From an uncultured delta proteobacterium (GTDB lineage Bacteria > Myxococcota > Myxococcia > Myxococcales > Myxococcaceae), in NCBI GenBank assembly GCA_963796055.1, contig CAWCKH010000004.1, positions 640,001-704,000 of the forward strand: a stretch of DNA of 64,000 nucleotides, in the 5' to 3' direction. A program made the position numbers and the translations under genes. Positions within the stretch are counted from its first letter, which is position 1, and each line of letters begins with the position of its first letter. This document shows, piece after piece, positions 30,919 to 40,429 of this stretch. The notes beneath the pieces were generated by a model. It had not been told where the DNA came from. It did not search any database and saw only the letters and a program-made list of their open reading frames with translations.

Positions 30919-32379
30919 ATGCGCTCCAGCGACGGTGGGAGAAGGAGACAGCGGTACGGGCTGCTGGCGTTGGCCTGTCTCCTTGCAGCATGTGGCCCTC
31001 CGCCCCAGGGCGCCGGCGAGAGCCACACCGGAGCGGACGCGGGCCCGGACTCCGGAACCGACGCGGGCCCGCACCCCGGAATCGACGCCGGTCCGGGCAC
31101 GGACGGACCGATGTTCGAGCAGAGCCCGACCTGGTCCGCTCACCGCCGGATGCGCACCGCAGCTGGCGATGACGTCGTGCTGGAGGAGCAGCTCACCAGC
31201 TTCACCATCGGCCCTGGCCCGACCCGGGTCCGCCGGCTCGACGCACCTGGGTCGGCTCCGTGGGACGCCCCGCAGGGACTCTTCATCGAGGATGCCGCCC
31301 TGCATCCCTCGGGGGCGGTCACTGCGGTTCTGGTCGACGACCACCTCGGAGTGTGGATCGCCCGGCTCGCGCCGGACCTCGCGCTTCTCCAGCTCGCGCA
31401 CCTCGAGGATCCTGCCATCGCCAGCGATCCCTTCCCCGACGCGGGAATCCCACCACCCACCTCGCTGGTCGCCAACTCTCTGCCCCGGGATTCGGTCCGG
31501 GTCGCACCGGACGGCGAGGGCGCGGTGGTCGCGGTGACCACCACGCTGGAGTCGGTGATTCTCTATCGGATCTCCTTCTCCACGCGCTGGGAGGCGCCCG
31601 TCCGTACGCTGGTCACGCCGGTCAACCACCACATTCCCTTTCTTCCCATCGGGGGCACGTTCGACACGTTCGGAGCCATGTGGTCCTCGTTCCGCGCCCT
31701 TCTCGACGTCGATGCCGCCGGCAATGCGTACCTGGCGTTCTGGGCCAACCCACGGAAGATCCAGGGTCACGCGGCATTCACCGGAGAAGACCTCCATCCG
31801 CTCGTCGAGCGGTTGTCCCAGGACTCCGACGTGCTGCTGGAGAAGATCGATCGCAGCGGTGCCCGGCAGTGGTCCCGGGTGATCGGCACCGAGCACGAGG
31901 ACGAGCCCTACGCCATCCGCGCAGCCGGGGGCGCGGTGGCGGTGGTCGGCCGGTCGCGGCGTGTTCCGGGAGACGACAACACCTTCTGGGACGCGTTCGT
32001 CAGCGTGGCCGACGCCGACGGGACGCTCCGTCGAACCCGGACCCTCCAGCTCGAGGCCTCGAGCATCCTGCTGGCGGTGGATGCGCTTCCCGGTGGTGGC
32101 TGGGTGGTCGGCGGCAGCGATGGATGGGCACAGAACCCCTCCGGTCTCAGCATCCTGTCCTTCGGGACCAAGCTCCTGGCCGAGCTCCCCACCCTGGACG
32201 CAGACCCGGCCCGGATTGCGCTGCCCGCCGGGCCGCGACACAACGAGATCCGGACGGTCCTCGGCGGCGCGACCGTCCTCTGGTTCGGGGGGCACGAGGA
32301 CGGGCCGGTGATGCACACCGGCGATGGGGACCTCTCGGCGATCCACGCCACCGGCGTCGTCGGGTTCGTGCCCCGCTGA
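30919..32379 (+). CDS. Hypothetical lipoprotein, probable beta-propeller
   Basis: Lipobox LAAC, DAGP repeat linker, beta-rich repeats (LDVDAAGNAYL, QWSRVIGT, DAFVS). Confidence 0.7.
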   Translation: MRSSDGGRRRQRYGLLALACLLAACGPPPQGAGESHTGADAGPDSGTDAGPHPGIDAGPGTDGPMFEQSPTWSAHRRMRTAAGDDVVLEEQLTSFTIGPGPTRVRRLDAPGSAPWDAPQGLFIEDAALHPSGAVTAVLVDDHLGVWIARLAPDLALLQLAHLEDPAIASDPFPDAGIPPPTSLVANSLPRDSVRVAPDGEGAVVAVTTTLESVILYRISFSTRWEAPVRTLVTPVNHHIPFLPIGGTFDTFGAMWSSFRALLDVDAAGNAYLAFWANPRKIQGHAAFTGEDLHPLVERLSQDSDVLLEKIDRSGARQWSRVIGTEHEDEPYAIRAAGGAVAVVGRSRRVPGDDNTFWDAFVSVADADGTLRRTRTLQLEASSILLAVDALPGGGWVVGGSDGWAQNPSGLSILSFGTKLLAELPTLDADPARIALPAGPRHNEIRTVLGGATVLWFGGHEDGPVMHTGDGDLSAIHATGVVGFVPR

Positions 32380-32385
32380 AGGCCT

Positions 32386-35157
32386 TCACTCTCCCAGCGA
32401 GCGGGCGTAGGCGGTGCGGAGCCCGTCGTCGGACAGCGCCCGCGCGGCCTCCGAGAGCAGCGCCTGCATCCGCTCGGCCCGCGCCTGCACCCGTGGGTCC
32501 GGATGGCCCGACCAGCGCAGGGGGTCGTACTCCGCCGACAGGCGGGCGAACGCCCGCGCCACCTCGTCGGTCCCGGCGTTCCGGGGCAGCCCGAGCACGG
32601 TGAAGTAATCGGCGTCTTCCACCTGCGCCCAGCGGGTCTCGAGCCGTGCCGCGGCCACCTCGACGGTCTCCGCCCGGGCTTCCTCCTGAGAGGGGGCCTG
32701 GAGCTCGATCCACCCCAGCGCAAGGGCCACCGCCACCGCCTTGCGGCCCGCGTCGCGCGAGACCCCGAGCGTGAGCAGCAGCTGCTGCACGGTGCGCTGG
32801 CCGTCGATCGACTCGAGCAACCGGCGCTCCCGGTCACCCAGACCGAGCGCCTGCGCGTCCAGCCGCCGGAGCAGCTTCGGCACCGCCCGGAGCGAGGGGA
32901 CCAGCCGGTCCACCTCGTCGGCAGGGAGCCCGCGCCGGACGCCCTCGGCCGCCAGCGCCGACAGCGGGCGCACCGCGGCCCGCCTTCCCTCGGGCGGCGG
33001 CGTGTCCGCGCTCAGCCGGTAGAACGACACCGGCTCGGAGAACGCCTCCAGCGCCCGCGCCTCGGTCACCCGCTGCAGGAAGGGTACCAGCTCGGCGTCG
33101 GTCATCAGCTTCCGGCGGACCAGCTCCTCGGTCACCTCACTCTCCGCCAGCCGGAGAATGCGCAGCTCACGCTCCGCGGCCCGGTCCAGCAGCCCGTCCC
33201 GGAGCGCGTGGTCCAGGAGCGATTCCGTCGACACGGTGCTCGCCGCCGCGGCCAGAGCTCCTTCCTCGAGCCAGAGGACCCGCAGCGCATCGGCCGCCCG
33301 GAGCTCGAGGCGCGCGGTGGCCCGGCCACCCTCGAGCCGGAAGAGGAGCGCCGCCAGCTCCTCGAGCGTGACCCGACCCGCATCGGCCACCGCCCACCGT
33401 GCCCGCTCCACGGCCCGGCGCGCGGCCTCCGCCGCCTCTGCCTCGGCCTGGGCACGTGCCGCGGCGATCCGGCGCTCCTCGTCGGCCCGGGCGCGGGTCT
33501 CGGCGTCCTGGCGCACCTGCTCGGTCTCGGCCCGCGCCCGCTCGAGATCCTCGCGGAGCTGCGCTGCTTCCTCCGCCGCGGCGCGGGTGACCTCCTCGGC
33601 CTCGGCCCGGGCCGCCGACTGCTGCGCGATCCGGATCTCCGCCTCCGCCATTCGCCCGCGCCCCTGGTCGAGCTCCTCGCGCAGCCGGCGGATCTCCGTC
33701 TTCACCTCCAGCAGCTCGCGGCGCAGCGCATCCGCCTGTGCGCGCTCGGTCTGCAGCCACGCCTCGGCCTGCCGGCGCGCCTCGGCCGAGGCTCGCTCCT
33801 CCGCCGCCAGCCGCTCCGCCAGCTCGGCCGCCTCGCGCTCCAGGAGCTGGTTGGCCTCGGAGAGCGCACCGCCGGCGGCCGAGGCCTCGGAGGCCACCGT
33901 CCGCAGCTGCTCCAGCTCCGCCGTCTGCGCCCTGAGCGCCGCGGCGAGCTGGTCCAGCTCCGCCTGTGCGCGCGCCTCGATCGCCAGCCGGGCGTTGGTC
34001 TCGGCCTCGGCGCGCGCCTCCGCCTCACGCAGGGTGGCGGCCAGCAGCTCGGCCTCGGCGGCGCCGGTGGCCTGTGCCGAGGCGATCGCCTCGTGAGCGT
34101 CGGAAGACCGGCGCCGCTCCTCCTCCAGCACCTGCTCGAGCTCGGACCGAGCGGTCTCCGCCGCGGCGTGCGCGGTCCGGGCGGCCTCGGCTTCCGCCCG
34201 CGCCGCCTGGGTGTCGGCGCGCGCCGCCTCGACCTGGGCTCGCGATTCCTCGGCGTCGACCCGCGCGGCCAGCGCCGCCGCCGAGGCCTCTCGCGCGTCG
34301 TGGGCCCGGCTCTCCGCGAGCGCCTCGGCCTCGGCCCGCAGCCGCTGAGCCTCCTCCATGGCCTGCTGGGCGGCGCGTGCCTGGTCCTCGCGGGCGCGGG
34401 CCTCGGAGGCGATGTCCTCGAGCAGCGCCGAGGCGCCGGAGGCATCCCGACCCAGCGGAGACAGCCGGTCGTCGGTGGTGGCGCTCCAGGCTCCGGCGGC
34501 CACGGCCAGCATCGGGGCGGTGTGCTCCAGATCCGGATGGACACCGGGGAGGAGCTGGCCCGGCTCCTCGGCCGCGTGGAGCATCTCCTCGTCAGCCCCG
34601 GGTTCCAGCTCGGGCTCCGGCTCGCCCTCGAGCAGCGGGCCCGCGTCGAAGGCCTCGAGATGGTCGGGCGGGAGCGGCGGCTCGGGCGCCGGCTCGTCCA
34701 GCTGCAGCGGCCCGGTCGGGGGGTCCCAGTCCAGGTCCAGCGTCTCGGGGCCGGCATCGAGCGGGATGGGCCCGGCCGTCCCGAAGACGTCGGTCAGCGG
34801 CTCGTCGCTCAGAGGCTCCGCCGCCAGCGCCTCGTCCACCGCCCGGAGCAGGGTCTCGGACCGGAAGGGAGTCGGCAGGACCGGACCCTGGTGGCCCTCC
34901 ACCATCCGGCCGAGGAGCAGGATGCGGAGCCGGGCGGTCTCGGGCCGGGTGGCCAGCTCGTGCAGCAGCGCCGCGCCGCGGCCGTTCTCCACCCCGGGCG
35001 CGAGGAGCACCAGCGCCGGCTGCAAGGTGGCGGCGGCGGTCAGCGCGTCGGCGGTCGAGGTGGCGAGCTCCACCGCATGCCCGGCGCGGACCAGCGTCCG
35101 GCGCACGAGCGCGATGGTGGCCAGGTCGTCGTGGACGAGGAGGAGCGTGGACGCCAC
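32386..35157 (-). CDS. Pseudo-receiver / acidic linker / coiled-coil / DUF4388-like / J-like multidomain protein
   Basis: N-terminal LLLVHDD...LVLLAP receiver fold; long Ala/Glu heptad region; C-terminal DYFTVLGL..EVARAFARL. Confidence 0.75.
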   Translation of the reverse strand: MASTLLLVHDDLATIALVRRTLVRAGHAVELATSTADALTAAATLQPALVLLAPGVENGRGAALLHELATRPETARLRILLLGRMVEGHQGPVLPTPFRSETLLRAVDEALAAEPLSDEPLTDVFGTAGPIPLDAGPETLDLDWDPPTGPLQLDEPAPEPPLPPDHLEAFDAGPLLEGEPEPELEPGADEEMLHAAEEPGQLLPGVHPDLEHTAPMLAVAAGAWSATTDDRLSPLGRDASGASALLEDIASEARAREDQARAAQQAMEEAQRLRAEAEALAESRAHDAREASAAALAARVDAEESRAQVEAARADTQAARAEAEAARTAHAAAETARSELEQVLEEERRRSSDAHEAIASAQATGAAEAELLAATLREAEARAEAETNARLAIEARAQAELDQLAAALRAQTAELEQLRTVASEASAAGGALSEANQLLEREAAELAERLAAEERASAEARRQAEAWLQTERAQADALRRELLEVKTEIRRLREELDQGRGRMAEAEIRIAQQSAARAEAEEVTRAAAEEAAQLREDLERARAETEQVRQDAETRARADEERRIAAARAQAEAEAAEAARRAVERARWAVADAGRVTLEELAALLFRLEGGRATARLELRAADALRVLWLEEGALAAAASTVSTESLLDHALRDGLLDRAAERELRILRLAESEVTEELVRRKLMTDAELVPFLQRVTEARALEAFSEPVSFYRLSADTPPPEGRRAAVRPLSALAAEGVRRGLPADEVDRLVPSLRAVPKLLRRLDAQALGLGDRERRLLESIDGQRTVQQLLLTLGVSRDAGRKAVAVALALGWIELQAPSQEEARAETVEVAAARLETRWAQVEDADYFTVLGLPRNAGTDEVARAFARLSAEYDPLRWSGHPDPRVQARAERMQALLSEAARALSDDGLRTAYARSLGE

Positions 35158-35176
35158 GGGCTGTCGGAGGAGCAGC

Positions 35177-37408
35177 CTACAGCATCGCCCCCGGGTCCAC
35201 GTCCAGGACCACCCGGACGGCAGCGGGGAGCACGTCGAGATCCCGCTCCAGCTGGTCCAGCACCGGCCCGAGCAGGGCGTGCCGGGGCGCCTTGAGCAGC
35301 AGCTGCCACCGGCTCTTGCCCCGGAGGCGCGGCAGGGGCGCCGGGGCCGGGCCCAGCAGCCGCACCCCCGTCTCCGGCCCCGGGAGGAGCACGGCCACCC
35401 GGTCGCCCAGCTTGCGAGCCACCCGGGCGGTCTCTCCTGCGTCCTCCCCCTCGATGCGCACTGCGACCAGCCGGCTGAACGGGGGCCAGGCCAGCGCCTC
35501 GCGCCAAGCGAGCTCGTGCTCGGCGAAGCCCTCGTAATCGTGCGCCGGCACGCGGGCCACGGCGTCGGCCTCGGGGTTCCAGGTCTGGACGAGCACCCGC
35601 CCCGGCTCCTGGCCACGGCCAGCCCGTCCCGAGACCTGGGTCACCAGCTGGAAGGTCCGCTCCGCGGCCCGGAAGTCCGGAAGGAGGAGGCCGGTGTCGG
35701 CCGAGACGACACAGACCAGCGTCACCCCGGGGAAGTCGTGGCCCTTGGCCACCATCTGAGTGCCGACCAGCACGTCCAGCTCGCCGCGGGCGAAGCGGGA
35801 GAGGAGGTCGGTCAGCCGCTCGGCGGTGGTGGCCGCATCCCGGTCCAGCCGCGCCACCCGCGCCCCCGGGAAGCGCTCGGCCACCTCGGCCTCGATGCGC
35901 TCGGTCCCCGAGCCCACCGGCACCAGCGGTCCGCCGCATGCCGGGCACTTCTCGGGAACCGGCCGGCTCTCGCCGCAGTAGTGGCACTGGAGGTTGTGCG
36001 CGCGGAGGTGAAAGGTGAGCGAGACGTCGCAGCGGCTGCAGGGCACGCCCTGGCCGCACGCCTCGCACACCAGCGCCGCCGAGTGGCCGCGGCGATTGAG
36101 GAAGAGGATGGCCTGCTGCCCGCGGCCGAGTGCCTCGCCGAGCGCGTCCACCAGCGGCGGCGAGAGCGCGGGTGCCTTTTCCGGAAGACCGGTCGGCCTG
36201 GGGCGAACACGGCGTAGGTCCACCAGCTCCACCCGGGGCATCGGGCGGTCGTCCACGCGGGAGGGGAGCCGGAGGTGGCGGTAGCGCCCGCGCCGGGCGT
36301 TCTCCAGCGTCTCCAGCGAGGGCGTGGCCGAACCGAGCACCACCGTGGCCCCGGCCTGCTTGGCGCGGACGACGGCCAGATCGCGCGCCTGGTAGCGGAG
36401 CTTCTCGTCCTGCTTGAACGATGGGTCGTGCTCCTCGTCGACCACCAGGAGCGCCAGGTCCCGAACGGGGGCGAACACCGCCGAGCGCACGCCGACGGCC
36501 AGCCGCACCGTGCCGGAGCGAAGCCCCTTCCAGTGGAGGAGGCGCTCACGGTCGCGCAGCCCGCTGTGCAGCACCGCCACCGCGCTGCCGAATCGGCTCC
36601 GGAAGCGGCCGACCAGCTGGGGGGTCAGCGCGATCTCCGGCACCAGCACCAGCGCTCCCCCGCCCCGGGCGAGCGCGTGCTCGGCGGCTCTCAGGTAAAC
36701 CTCGGTCTTGCCGCTCCCGGTCACACCCTGAAGGAGGAACGGCTGGAAACCGCCGGCGTCGAGCGCACCCTCCAGCTCGGCGAGCGCCGCCGCCTGCGCC
36801 TCGGTGAGCCGTTCCGGCCGCACCTGCCCGAGCCCCTCGGCGACGGTGGGCTCGACGGCGCGCTCCTCAATCTGGACGTAGCCCCGCTCCACCAGCCGCT
36901 GCACCGCCGCGCGGGCGCCCGGGACGGCGCGGCCCAGCTCGTCGAGCTCCGCACGGCCCCCCACCGCGAGGAGGTAACCGAGCGCCGCCGCCTGCGCCGG
37001 CGCACGCTTCAGCGCGTCGAGCGAGGGCACGCCGACCACCACCACCGTCCGCACCACCTCCGGGCTCGGCTCCGGTCCCTCGGAGGGGTCCGCCAGGCCG
37101 GGCGGCAGCGCGGCCCGGAGCGCCTCCCCGAGCGGGTGGCGGTAGTACGTGGCGGCGAACTCCACCAGCGCCAGCACGTCGTCGGGGAGCGCGGGCGTGT
37201 CCTCGAGCAGCGCCGAGACGGGCTTGAGCACCCCCCCTCCGTCGGGCGGGCGTCCGGGGCCGAGGTAAAAGCCGAGCGCCCGCCCACGGCCGAACGGGAC
37301 CAGGATGCGTTGCCCCCGGTGCAGCCGTCCCTCCAGCTCCGGCGGGACGAGGTAGGTGAAGGGCCCCTTCACCGGGCGCCCCACCGCCACCGAGGCGAGC
37401 TGCTCCAA
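35177..37408 (-). CDS. priA: Primosomal protein N' (replication restart helicase)
   Basis: GVTGSGKTEVY, VPEIALTPQ, DEEHD, GSATPS, LNRRG, CxxC pairs, GTQMVAKGHDFP, QVSGRAGR. Confidence 0.96.
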   Translation of the reverse strand: MEQLASVAVGRPVKGPFTYLVPPELEGRLHRGQRILVPFGRGRALGFYLGPGRPPDGGGVLKPVSALLEDTPALPDDVLALVEFAATYYRHPLGEALRAALPPGLADPSEGPEPSPEVVRTVVVVGVPSLDALKRAPAQAAALGYLLAVGGRAELDELGRAVPGARAAVQRLVERGYVQIEERAVEPTVAEGLGQVRPERLTEAQAAALAELEGALDAGGFQPFLLQGVTGSGKTEVYLRAAEHALARGGGALVLVPEIALTPQLVGRFRSRFGSAVAVLHSGLRDRERLLHWKGLRSGTVRLAVGVRSAVFAPVRDLALLVVDEEHDPSFKQDEKLRYQARDLAVVRAKQAGATVVLGSATPSLETLENARRGRYRHLRLPSRVDDRPMPRVELVDLRRVRPRPTGLPEKAPALSPPLVDALGEALGRGQQAILFLNRRGHSAALVCEACGQGVPCSRCDVSLTFHLRAHNLQCHYCGESRPVPEKCPACGGPLVPVGSGTERIEAEVAERFPGARVARLDRDAATTAERLTDLLSRFARGELDVLVGTQMVAKGHDFPGVTLVCVVSADTGLLLPDFRAAERTFQLVTQVSGRAGRGQEPGRVLVQTWNPEADAVARVPAHDYEGFAEHELAWREALAWPPFSRLVAVRIEGEDAGETARVARKLGDRVAVLLPGPETGVRLLGPAPAPLPRLRGKSRWQLLLKAPRHALLGPVLDQLERDLDVLPAAVRVVLDVDPGAML

Positions 37409-37423
37409 CGGGCCGCCCGCCCC

Positions 37424-38149
37424 TCAGAAGAGGCGGTCCGGGACGTTCGCCCTGGGGTCGCCGGAGAGGGTGGTGAACCGGACCTGCCGCTCGCCGTCGC
37501 GCGAGACCTCGATGGCGCGGGGGAACCAGTCGCCCGCCGGCGAGTTGTAGTCCACGAAGCGCACGTCCCAGCGAGTCCCACCCTCGGTCCAGCGGATGCG
37601 GGCCGGGAGCCAGCTGTCCTTGAACACCCAGAACTGGGAGTCGGTGTCCTTGGGCCCGCCGACCACGTACGCCACGTGTCCGCCGAACCGGGCCAGCCAC
37701 GCATTGCCGACGTTGACCCCTCGCTTTCGAAGGTGGGCCTCGAGCTCGGAGCGCCCGTCCCCCGCGCTCCGCGCCCCGAACAGCGCGCACGTCTCGCCCA
37801 GGCCCATGCCGAGCGCGGAAACGGCCGCGCCCTCGGTCTTCAGCTGCCCGCCGGACTGCACCACGGCGAGCTTCCCGGTCTCCGGGCCGCTCACCTCCAG
37901 CCGGCACCGGCCGGGGAGCCGCAGGTAGACCCGCGCGTCGGACTGCAGCTCGCCGCCCTGTCCCCCGGCCTCGGTGGTGGCGGCGCCGGAGAGGACGAGC
38001 GTGCCCTCCACCCGCGCGCTGCTGATGCGCTGCTCGTCCCTGCCAGTCAGGAGATGCCGGAAGATGGCGCCAGGGGCGGGAACGTAGGCCAGGGCAGTCC
38101 GGACGGCGGCCAGAGCGAGCAGGAGGATGGGCAGACGGAGGCGGCGCAC
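37424..38149 (-). CDS. Exported hypothetical protein, possible LolA-like fold
   Basis: Signal peptide ending ALA-YVP; beta-rich with PGRCRLE, FWVFKDSWLPARI, WFPRAIE. Confidence 0.6.
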   Translation of the reverse strand: MRRLRLPILLLALAAVRTALAYVPAPGAIFRHLLTGRDEQRISSARVEGTLVLSGAATTEAGGQGGELQSDARVYLRLPGRCRLEVSGPETGKLAVVQSGGQLKTEGAAVSALGMGLGETCALFGARSAGDGRSELEAHLRKRGVNVGNAWLARFGGHVAYVVGGPKDTDSQFWVFKDSWLPARIRWTEGGTRWDVRFVDYNSPAGDWFPRAIEVSRDGERQVRFTTLSGDPRANVPDRLF

Positions 38150-38202
38150 GGGGGGCGAGGACTGTACACGAGCTGTCTGCACGGGCTAGAGCCCCGGATG
38201 CC

Positions 38203-38577
38203 ATGCCCACGCTCGCTCTCCTCGTCGGCGTCGTGCTGGTGGCGATCGGCCTCGGGGCGTACGTCGGCACCGGCGCCCACGCCCCCACCGCGCTCATCCC
38301 TGCTGGCCTCGGCGTCCTCATCGCCGTGGCCGGCCTGATCGCTCGGAACCCCCGGCTGCGGATGCATGCCATGCACGCCGCGGTCCTCGTCGCGCTGCTC
38401 GGCGTCCTGGGCTGCATCCCCGGCGTGCTCCGGCTCCCCGCGCTCCTGGGCGGAACCGCCGAGCGGCCGGTGGCGGTCGTCACCCAGCTCATCACCTTCG
38501 CGGTCTGTCTCGCCTTCGTGGTGAGCGCGGTCCGCTCCTTCATCGAGGCGCGCCGGAGTCGCGCGAGCGCCGGCTAG
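38203..38577 (+). CDS. Small 4-TM membrane protein
   Basis: Four hydrophobic segments; TALIP, MHAMH, SFIEARR. Confidence 0.75.
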   Translation: MPTLALLVGVVLVAIGLGAYVGTGAHAPTALIPAGLGVLIAVAGLIARNPRLRMHAMHAAVLVALLGVLGCIPGVLRLPALLGGTAERPVAVVTQLITFAVCLAFVVSAVRSFIEARRSRASAG

Positions 38578-38590
38578 GGAGAGACGTTCG

Positions 38591-39574
38591 ATGGCACTGG
38601 CAGTCCGGCTGAGGAAGCAGGGAGGTCCCGAGGTGATGGTCCTGGAGGACGTCCCGGTGCCGCCTCCGGGGCCCGGTGAGGCGAGCCTGCGGCAGTCCGC
38701 GGTGGGCCTGAACTTCATCGACGTGTACCAGCGCAACGGCCACTACCCCCTCCAGCTACCAAGCGGGCTCGGTCAGGAGGCCGCGGGGGTGGTCACCGCG
38801 GTGGGGACCGGGGTGACGACGGTGCGGGTGGGCGAGCGAGTGGCGTATGCCGGCGCCCCGCTGGGTGCGTACGCCGAGGCACGCAACTACCCGGCGGACC
38901 GGCTGGTGCCGGTTCCCGAGGGCGTCTCGGACGAGGTGGCCGCCGCCTCGGTGCTGAAGGGGCTCACCGCCTGGTACCTGGTGCGCCGCACCTACAAGGT
39001 GGCGCGCGGCCAGACGGTGCTGGTGCACGCCGCGGCGGGCGGGGTCGGGCTCATCCTCTGCCAGTGGCTTCGCCACCTGGGAGCGACGGTCATCGGCACC
39101 GTGGGGAGCGAGCAGAAGGTCCAGCTCGCCCGCGAGGCCGGGTGCAGCCACCCGCTGGTCATCGACGGGAGCAACCGGCGCGAGCTCCCGGCGAAGGTCA
39201 AGGAGCTCACCGGCGGAGCGAAGGTGCCGGTGGTGTACGACTCGATCGGCAAGGACACCTTCGACGTCTCGCTGGAGTGCCTCGCGCCCCTCGGGCTGAT
39301 GGTGCTCTTCGGCGCCTCGAGCGGGCCCGTGGCACCGTTCGACCTGCAGCGGCTCGCGGGCGGCGGCTCGCTCTACGTGACCCGCCCCACGATCGGGACG
39401 TACGTCGCCAGGCGCGAGGATCTCCTGTCCGGCGCGCGTGAGCTGTTCGACCTGGTGGCCCGCGGGGTGATCACCATCCACGTGAACCAGCGCTACCCCT
39501 TGCGCGAGGTGGGGCGGGCACACATGGACCTGGAAGCGCGGAAGACGACCGGCTCGACGGTGCTGTTGCCCTGA
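38591..39574 (+). CDS. qor: NADPH:quinone oxidoreductase (MDR family)
   Basis: GLNFIDVYQRNG.YP, HAAAGGVG, VVYDSIG, GSLYVTRP, TTGSTVL. Confidence 0.92.
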   Translation: MALAVRLRKQGGPEVMVLEDVPVPPPGPGEASLRQSAVGLNFIDVYQRNGHYPLQLPSGLGQEAAGVVTAVGTGVTTVRVGERVAYAGAPLGAYAEARNYPADRLVPVPEGVSDEVAAASVLKGLTAWYLVRRTYKVARGQTVLVHAAAGGVGLILCQWLRHLGATVIGTVGSEQKVQLAREAGCSHPLVIDGSNRRELPAKVKELTGGAKVPVVYDSIGKDTFDVSLECLAPLGLMVLFGASSGPVAPFDLQRLAGGGSLYVTRPTIGTYVARREDLLSGARELFDLVARGVITIHVNQRYPLREVGRAHMDLEARKTTGSTVLLP

Positions 39575-39595
39575 GGACGTAGCCTCGCGCCGCGA

Positions 39596-40429
39596 ATGAC
39601 CCGTCTCCTCCTCCTCACCTCGCTGCTGCTCGCCCGTCCGCTGCTCGCCGCCGCGCCGCCCCTGGACTTCGACGCCGCCCGCGGCGCCCGCGAGGTGGGG
39701 ATGGGCGGCACCTTCCGCGAGCTGGGCATCGGCGCGAACGCGGCCGACGGCAACCCGGCGGCGATGGCGCTCTTCCAGGCGTACCAGCTGGAGTTCGCCG
39801 GCGGCTACGACTGGAAGGCCAAGGGCTGGTACGCCGCGGGCTGGGCGCGCGACAGCACCAACCCCGACCTGTCGGGGGCGTACAGCCTCCATTACATCTC
39901 CAACGAGTACGGCGGGGCGAACGTGGGCCAGTGGGCCCACGCGCTCTCCATCGCCACGCGGCTCGGCGACAAGGTGGCCGTCGGGCTCGGCACGCGCTGG
40001 CTCATCCAGAGCGCGCCGAAGATCAACGCCGCGAGCCTCAACGTCGGCGTCTCCATCCAGATCATCCGCCAGCTGACCCTGGGCTTTGCCGGCTACAACC
40101 TGATCGACACCCGCCACCCCGAGCTGTCGCGCAGCTTCGAGGTGGGGTTCGGGCTGCTCCTCGGTCCGGTGCGCCTGGCGACCGAGGTGCGGAGCGACAT
40201 CGGCCGGGGGCCGCTGCATCCCACCTGGAACAGCGGGCTCGAGCTCTTCCTGGGCCGGAGCTTCGCCCTGCGCGGGGGATGGGAGTGGCGCGAGGCGGTG
40301 GAGCAGAACTTCGTCAGCGCGGGCATCGGCTTCGTGTTCGACAATGCCGGGCTGGACATCGGCTGGCGGCACGGGCTCGCCGGGGCAGGCGACCTCATCG
40401 TGGGCGGTCTGCGGATCCAGCTGCAGTGA
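39596..40429 (+). CDS. Putative outer-membrane beta-barrel protein
   Basis: Signal peptide, AREVGMGG...NPAAM N-terminus (OmpP1/PorV-like), alternating amphipathic strands. Confidence 0.65.
   Translation: MTRLLLLTSLLLARPLLAAAPPLDFDAARGAREVGMGGTFRELGIGANAADGNPAAMALFQAYQLEFAGGYDWKAKGWYAAGWARDSTNPDLSGAYSLHYISNEYGGANVGQWAHALSIATRLGDKVAVGLGTRWLIQSAPKINAASLNVGVSIQIIRQLTLGFAGYNLIDTRHPELSRSFEVGFGLLLGPVRLATEVRSDIGRGPLHPTWNSGLELFLGRSFALRGGWEWREAVEQNFVSAGIGFVFDNAGLDIGWRHGLAGAGDLIVGGLRIQLQ

Noticed and set aside
31027..31110. 24-bp-period repeats encoding DAGP
   Set aside because: Ordinary low-complexity linker of myxobacterial lipoproteins.
32503..35537. Very long antisense and alternative-frame ORFs here and throughout (e.g. 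930 aa, 896 aa, 738 aa)
   Set aside because: Shadow ORFs expected in high-GC DNA: Arg/Gly/Pro-rich, no motifs, and overlapping well-supported genes.
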